A stretch of 34,336 nucleotides of DNA from Campylobacterales bacterium (GTDB lineage: Bacteria > Campylobacterota > Campylobacteria > Campylobacterales > Sulfurimonadaceae), in assembly GCA_038205935.1 (NCBI GenBank), contig JBBRBK010000017.1, positions 1 through 34,336 of the forward strand, in the 5' to 3' direction. This document shows, in pieces, positions 30,079-34,336 of the stretch (position 1 is its first letter; every line of letters starts with the position of its first letter). The notes under the pieces were generated by a model. It did not search any database, was not told the DNA's origin, and saw only the letters and a program-made list of their open reading frames with translations. Both the position numbers and the translations under genes were made by a program.

Positions 30079-30908
30079 TAACAACCTTTAAAGTCTAAAA
30101 ATATTGTCGTACCCTGCTCTTTTTTTGACTCAATATTGAGTTTAATGCGGTTTGTATCGCAAAATCTTTTCACCATAGAAAGCCCTATACCAAAGCCCGG
30201 CATAGAATCATCACTTTGATAATATCTGTCAAAAATACGCAGTAAAACAACCTCATCAATCCCAATTCCATGATCTTTAATACTGAGTATTCCATTATGA
30301 AGATAGAGTTCTATCTTCTTTGGTTGTTCTGAGTATTTCACACCGTTATCGATAAGATTGTCTATCACTTTTGCAAGCCCAATTTTATCCATATTTATAG
30401 CAAAACTTTCCAAATCAGAAGTAAACTGAGCACCGCTGTAGAGACTACTTAAAAAGGAAACTCTCTCATGCACCAAATCGCGCAGATCAAATCTTTCGCT
30501 CACCTCTTTTTTAGTCTGTTTTTTTATCATATAGTCGAGTTCGCTGTACCTTTGAGTTAACATCTCACAAGCTGTTTTGATGCGCGAGAGTCGCTTTAGA
30601 GTTTTTTCATCCGAGCTATTTTTTTCTATCATATCGACATTGGTTTTTATCGTCGCTATGGGGAGATTGAGTTCATGCAGGGTTTCACTTGAAAGCTCTT
30701 CTAAGTTTGTCACATACTCTTCAAGCGGTTCTATAGCAAACTTCGAGATCACAACGCCTGAGATGATCACAAGTACAAAAAAAATAAAAGCCAACAGATA
30801 AAGCTGATCAAATTTCTGCACATCTTTGATATAGTAAAAGCTCACACCAAAAAGAGTGACAGTGATAAAATAGTATAAAAATATATAGCGTCTAAGATTG
30901 TAAAACAA
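30078..30908 (-). CDS. Sensor histidine kinase (two TMs, almost no periplasmic domain)
   Basis: HELNLP H-box, NLIDNGVKYS, DHGIGI, GFGIGL. Confidence 0.92.
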   Translation of the reverse strand: MFYNLRRYIFLYYFITVTLFGVSFYYIKDVQKFDQLYLLAFIFFVLVIISGVVISKFAIEPLEEYVTNLEELSSETLHELNLPIATIKTNVDMIEKNSSDEKTLKRLSRIKTACEMLTQRYSELDYMIKKQTKKEVSERFDLRDLVHERVSFLSSLYSGAQFTSDLESFAINMDKIGLAKVIDNLIDNGVKYSEQPKKIELYLHNGILSIKDHGIGIDEVVLLRIFDRYYQSDDSMPGFGIGLSMVKRFCDTNRIKLNIESKKEQGTTIFLDFKGC

Positions 30909-31554
30909 GTCTATAGCCCACAGCGCGAATGTTTTCTATCATCGCTTCATCCAAAAAATGTTTTAGACGGTTGATATACACACGGATAGCTCCATCGCTC
31001 ACATCTTCACTGCTGTGCCAAAGCTCATCTAGGATCATCTCTTTTGTAACCACTTGATTGACATTTTTTATAAACAGAGCGAGAAGCATATACTCTTTTT
31101 GTGAAAGATCAAGCTCCACTTCCTTATAAAAAATGCGTTTTCTCTTTTTATCATGGCAAAGCCCAGCAATACACTCATTTGTATCGCCGTTTGTACGTTT
31201 AAGTACCGCTTTTATGCGTAAAAGAAGTTCATACGAATCAAAAGGTTTTTGGATGTAATCATCCGCTCCAGATTCAAATCCTTCACAAATTTTCTCTTTT
31301 TCTTTATGAGAAGTTAAAAAGATAGTAGGAGTTTTATCTTCAGCAGTGCGAAGGGAACGCAGTAGATCAAGCCCGTTGATTAGAGGAACATTGATATCTA
31401 AAAGGTAAAGATCAAAACGCTCTTTGAAAGTGATATCTAACACCTCTTGACCATTTTTGCAATGCACTACCGTGCAGCCCTCTTCTTCGAGAAGATCTAC
31501 AAGAGTCTCGCCTAAAAGGGCATCATCCTCTAAAAGAAGAATTTTATTCAACAC
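30892..31554 (-). CDS. OmpR-family response regulator
   Basis: [29 protein letters not shown]...RAVGY. Confidence 0.94.
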   Translation of the reverse strand: MLNKILLLEDDALLGETLVDLLEEEGCTVVHCKNGQEVLDITFKERFDLYLLDINVPLINGLDLLRSLRTAEDKTPTIFLTSHKEKEKICEGFESGADDYIQKPFDSYELLLRIKAVLKRTNGDTNECIAGLCHDKKRKRIFYKEVELDLSQKEYMLLALFIKNVNQVVTKEMILDELWHSSEDVSDGAIRVYINRLKHFLDEAMIENIRAVGYRLVLQS

Positions 31555-32551
31555 TTTGTATCGACCAAGCTATGCTTTCTCCCGCGTACATCGGAACAAC
31601 TCCTGAGTAATCTTCAGGGACGACAAACGGTACTTTTGCCAAAAGTATCTCTTTAAACTCTGGACAAATTCCGTAAATGACCTGCGCATTATCGCTTACA
31701 AAGTTTTGCAGATTATCAAGTGCATCATACTTTTCAAACACTTCACATAAAAGTTGCAAAGCGATAGGCGCTGTAAAAACACCTGCCGCACAACCGCAAG
31801 CCTCTTTTTTATGCTGAGGATGCGGCGCTGAATCAGAACCAAACATCACTTTTGGATGTCCACTGAGCGCTACATGTAAGAGTGCTTCTCTATCCTCTGG
31901 ACGCTTTGCGATAGGTTTGCAGAAGAGATGCGGTTTCATCATCCCACCCACAACATCATCCAAAGTGATGATTAAGTGGTGGATCGTGATAGTCGCATAC
32001 AAGTTTTCATACTTATCGAGCATATCGACAGCCGCTTTTGTTGTGATATGTTCCATAACGATTTTAAGTTCTGGAAAGTTTGTCGCTAAAAGTTCATAAA
32101 TACTCATAAACTCCGCTTCTCTATCCATCACAAAACCATCAGTCTCACCGTGGATACAAAGAGGAATCCCGAGCTCACTCATCGCTTCTAATGTCTCTCT
32201 CATCGCCTCAACATCAAAAGATGTTACTCCGCCCTCAGAGTTTGTTGTGATACCCGCAGGATAGAGTTTCACAGCCAAAATATCCTCAGCAATGCTTTCT
32301 AAAAACTTTTTGTCATAGTTTTGATAAAAAATGGTCATATAAGGTTCAAAATAGTCATTTGGCACTGCCGCCATAATGCGCTCTTTATAAGCGATAAGCT
32401 CCTCTTTTGTAGTCACTGGAGGAACAAGATTTGGCATCACCAAACCGCCACTGAAGCTGTATGCGCTAAGTGGTGCAATGTTTTCAAGCATCACTCCATC
32501 ACGAAGATGAAGGTGCATATCTAGTGGCATTAAAAGAGTATGAGTTTTCAT
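31544..32551 (-). CDS. pyrC: Dihydroorotase (type II)
   Basis: [40 protein letters not shown]. Confidence 0.97.
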   Translation of the reverse strand: MKTHTLLMPLDMHLHLRDGVMLENIAPLSAYSFSGGLVMPNLVPPVTTKEELIAYKERIMAAVPNDYFEPYMTIFYQNYDKKFLESIAEDILAVKLYPAGITTNSEGGVTSFDVEAMRETLEAMSELGIPLCIHGETDGFVMDREAEFMSIYELLATNFPELKIVMEHITTKAAVDMLDKYENLYATITIHHLIITLDDVVGGMMKPHLFCKPIAKRPEDREALLHVALSGHPKVMFGSDSAPHPQHKKEACGCAAGVFTAPIALQLLCEVFEKYDALDNLQNFVSDNAQVIYGICPEFKEILLAKVPFVVPEDYSGVVPMYAGESIAWSIQSVE

Positions 32552-32599
32552 AAATTTCCTTGTTTTATTGTAGGTCTAAAGTATAGCAAAAATAAAATT

Positions 32600-32956
32600 T
32601 TAGACAGCAAAAACTCTAAAAAACCACATTGAAAAGGTTGAAACAAAGATCGCTAAAGTCAAGTATGGCAGATATTTGTAGATATGCGTAAGTCCAAATA
32701 TCGGCTTTCCTTCCACAAAAACTCCAATCTGAATAGCAGTGATTATGAATGAAACAAGCGTAGCAAAGATAAAGATAAAGGGAACAAACAAATACCACTC
32801 TACATGTAAAACACCATAAGCCAAGATAGCCAAAGAAGCAATCAATACTATGATGTTTTGCATACGTATAAGAGCAGAACCTTTCTCCTCTTTTTTATAA
32901 ACACGGGCAATTTTAAAATACAAAAATGCCAAAAATAAAGCTAAATAAAATGTCAT
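32600..32956 (-). CDS. Hypothetical membrane protein (about 4 TM)
   Basis: Hydrophobic 118-aa ORF with GAGGGG RBS and TGCTAGAAT extended -10 upstream. Confidence 0.75.
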   Translation of the reverse strand: MTFYLALFLAFLYFKIARVYKKEEKGSALIRMQNIIVLIASLAILAYGVLHVEWYLFVPFIFIFATLVSFIITAIQIGVFVEGKPIFGLTHIYKYLPYLTLAIFVSTFSMWFFRVFAV

Positions 32957-33101
32957 AAAGCAGACTTTCCCCTCAAAATAAAAAGTCTGTCATTCTAGCA
33001 AAACTAATATTAATTATAAAATATTCTGAACATATTTTAAAAATTCCCTTACTAAATTTCGCTATAATAATTTTTATTTCACAACAGTTGAGGCACCTAT
33101 T

Positions 33102-34336
33102 TTGTCCATATTTCAAAAATCAATTTATAAGAACATCAAACAAGATGAGGGCTTAGTCGCTAAAGCGTGGGCAGAGTTTCAAAAGTATATCGCTAAGATA
33201 GACGCTATCAAAGGGTTTAAAGAGGAAGTTTACCAAGACGGTTTTTTTAAAGATATCTTTGAAAACTGTTTAGGCTACACACTCAAAACGACAAATCCCC
33301 AAGAGTACAATCTCGAACGTGAAAAGAAAAACGAGACAGATGGCAAAAAAGCTGATGGCGTCATCTACGTCAATGGCGAAGTCGTCGGCGTAGTCGAGCT
33401 TAAAGATCAAAAGACCAAAAATCTTGATGGCGTAGAAGCTCAAGCTTTTAACTACCACGCTTCACACTCCAACTCAAAATATATTATCATTTCCAACTTC
33501 GATGAACTCCGTTTTTACATAGACAAAAAAACAGCCTATGAAAAATTTAACCTCTTTACTTTGAGCTATGAAGAGTTTAAAAAACTGCATCTGCTCCTGA
33601 GTTTTGAGAGTATAAAAGCCGATATTCCTTTGCAACTCAAAGAAAAATCTGCTTTTTTTGAGCAAAATATCTCAAAAGCACTTTACAAAGATTTTAGCGC
33701 TTTTCGCTCCCACCTTTTTGAAAATATCAGTAAGAACAATACGCAAGAAAAACTCACACTTCTTCGCCTCACTCAAAAGCTTTGCGACCGCATCATCTTC
33801 ATCCTTTTTGCTGAAGACAGAGGACTCTTACATGGTAACACTATCAAAGAGATTCGAGAAGAGTTTAAAGCTCAAAAGTTCACCTCTTACAAACTTTACG
33901 ATATCTACAAGTTTTACTTCGATGCCATCAACGCAGGAAACGAAAAGCTAGGCATTCCAAAGTACAACGGCGGACTTTTTGCCAAAGATGAGCTTTTAGA
34001 CTCGCTTCTTATAGATGACAGTTGTTTGGATGTGGAAGCACAAAACTTGAGTGATTACGATTTTGAAAGTGACGTGAGTGTGAATATCTTGGGGCACATC
34101 TTTGAGCAAAGTCTTACCGATCTCGAAGAGATAACCGCTTCCATAAATGACACAGATTTTGACATCAAAAAGAGCAAAAGAAAAAAAGACGGCATCTTTT
34201 ACACGCCTGAGTACATCACAAAGTATATCGTGCAAAACACGCTGGGCAAGCTCTGCCAAGACAAACGAGACGAACTAAATATCTTACATGTAGAGCCTCC
34301 ACGCGACAGCAGAAAACCCACAAAAAAAGAGCAACA
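33102..34336 (+). CDS. Type IIG (Eco57I-like) fused restriction endonuclease/N6-adenine methyltransferase, 5' part, truncated by the window edge
   Basis: TTG start after GAGG and TATAAT (33063-33068). Frame is open to the end: MSIFQKS...KKADG...VVELKD (PD-(D/E)xK)...SNFDELRFY...DRIIFILFAEDRGLL...YNGGLF...ILGHIFEQS...KRKKDGIFYTPEYIT. Absent from the ORF track because it has no stop in the window. Confidence 0.9.
   Translation, partial: MSIFQKSIYKNIKQDEGLVAKAWAEFQKYIAKIDAIKGFKEEVYQDGFFKDIFENCLGYTLKTTNPQEYNLEREKKNETDGKKADGVIYVNGEVVGVVELKDQKTKNLDGVEAQAFNYHASHSNSKYIIISNFDELRFYIDKKTAYEKFNLFTLSYEEFKKLHLLLSFESIKADIPLQLKEKSAFFEQNISKALYKDFSAFRSHLFENISKNNTQEKLTLLRLTQKLCDRIIFILFAEDRGLLHGNTIKEIREEFKAQKFTSYKLYDIYKFYFDAINAGNEKLGIPKYNGGLFAKDELLDSLLIDDSCLDVEAQNLSDYDFESDVSVNILGHIFEQSLTDLEEITASINDTDFDIKKSKRKKDGIFYTPEYITKYIVQNTLGKLCQDKRDELNILHVEPPRDSRKPTKKEQ

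Overview
AT-rich chromosomal window from a Campylobacterota bacterium, Sulfurimonas/Sulfuricurvum-like judging by gene order and the tmRNA tag ANNTNYRPAYAVA. Most of it is housekeeping: pflB, pssA, a psd-like gene, ftsH, prmA, cheY, hisA, hisH, a pglG-like gene, a CDF transporter, waaC, lpxL/htrB, ruvB, panB, trpA, tmRNA, pgeF, corA, galU, exbBD, a two-component pair and pyrC. Four things fall outside the ORF track. (1) The palindrome TACATGTA occurs 19 times by manual count, in all three reading frames and in intergenic DNA, where one or two would be expected. (2) Two further copies are split at the same bond (CTTA^CATGTAA) by an 18-bp hairpin element, TACCCAAAGGG(C/T)ACTTCG. It has no target duplication and no stop codon in any of six frames, and one copy adds YPKGTS in-frame to WaaC. 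Together these suggest a site-specific micro-insertion system. (3) A start-less 3' fragment of serS at 694-927 marks the likely right junction of an island integrated inside serS; its last cargo gene looks like DUF262/DUF1524. (4) A transglutaminase-like gene appears to have split an ancestral serS/rsuA terminator. A type IIG restriction-modification gene runs off the right edge. All calls come from reading the sequence, with no database searches.
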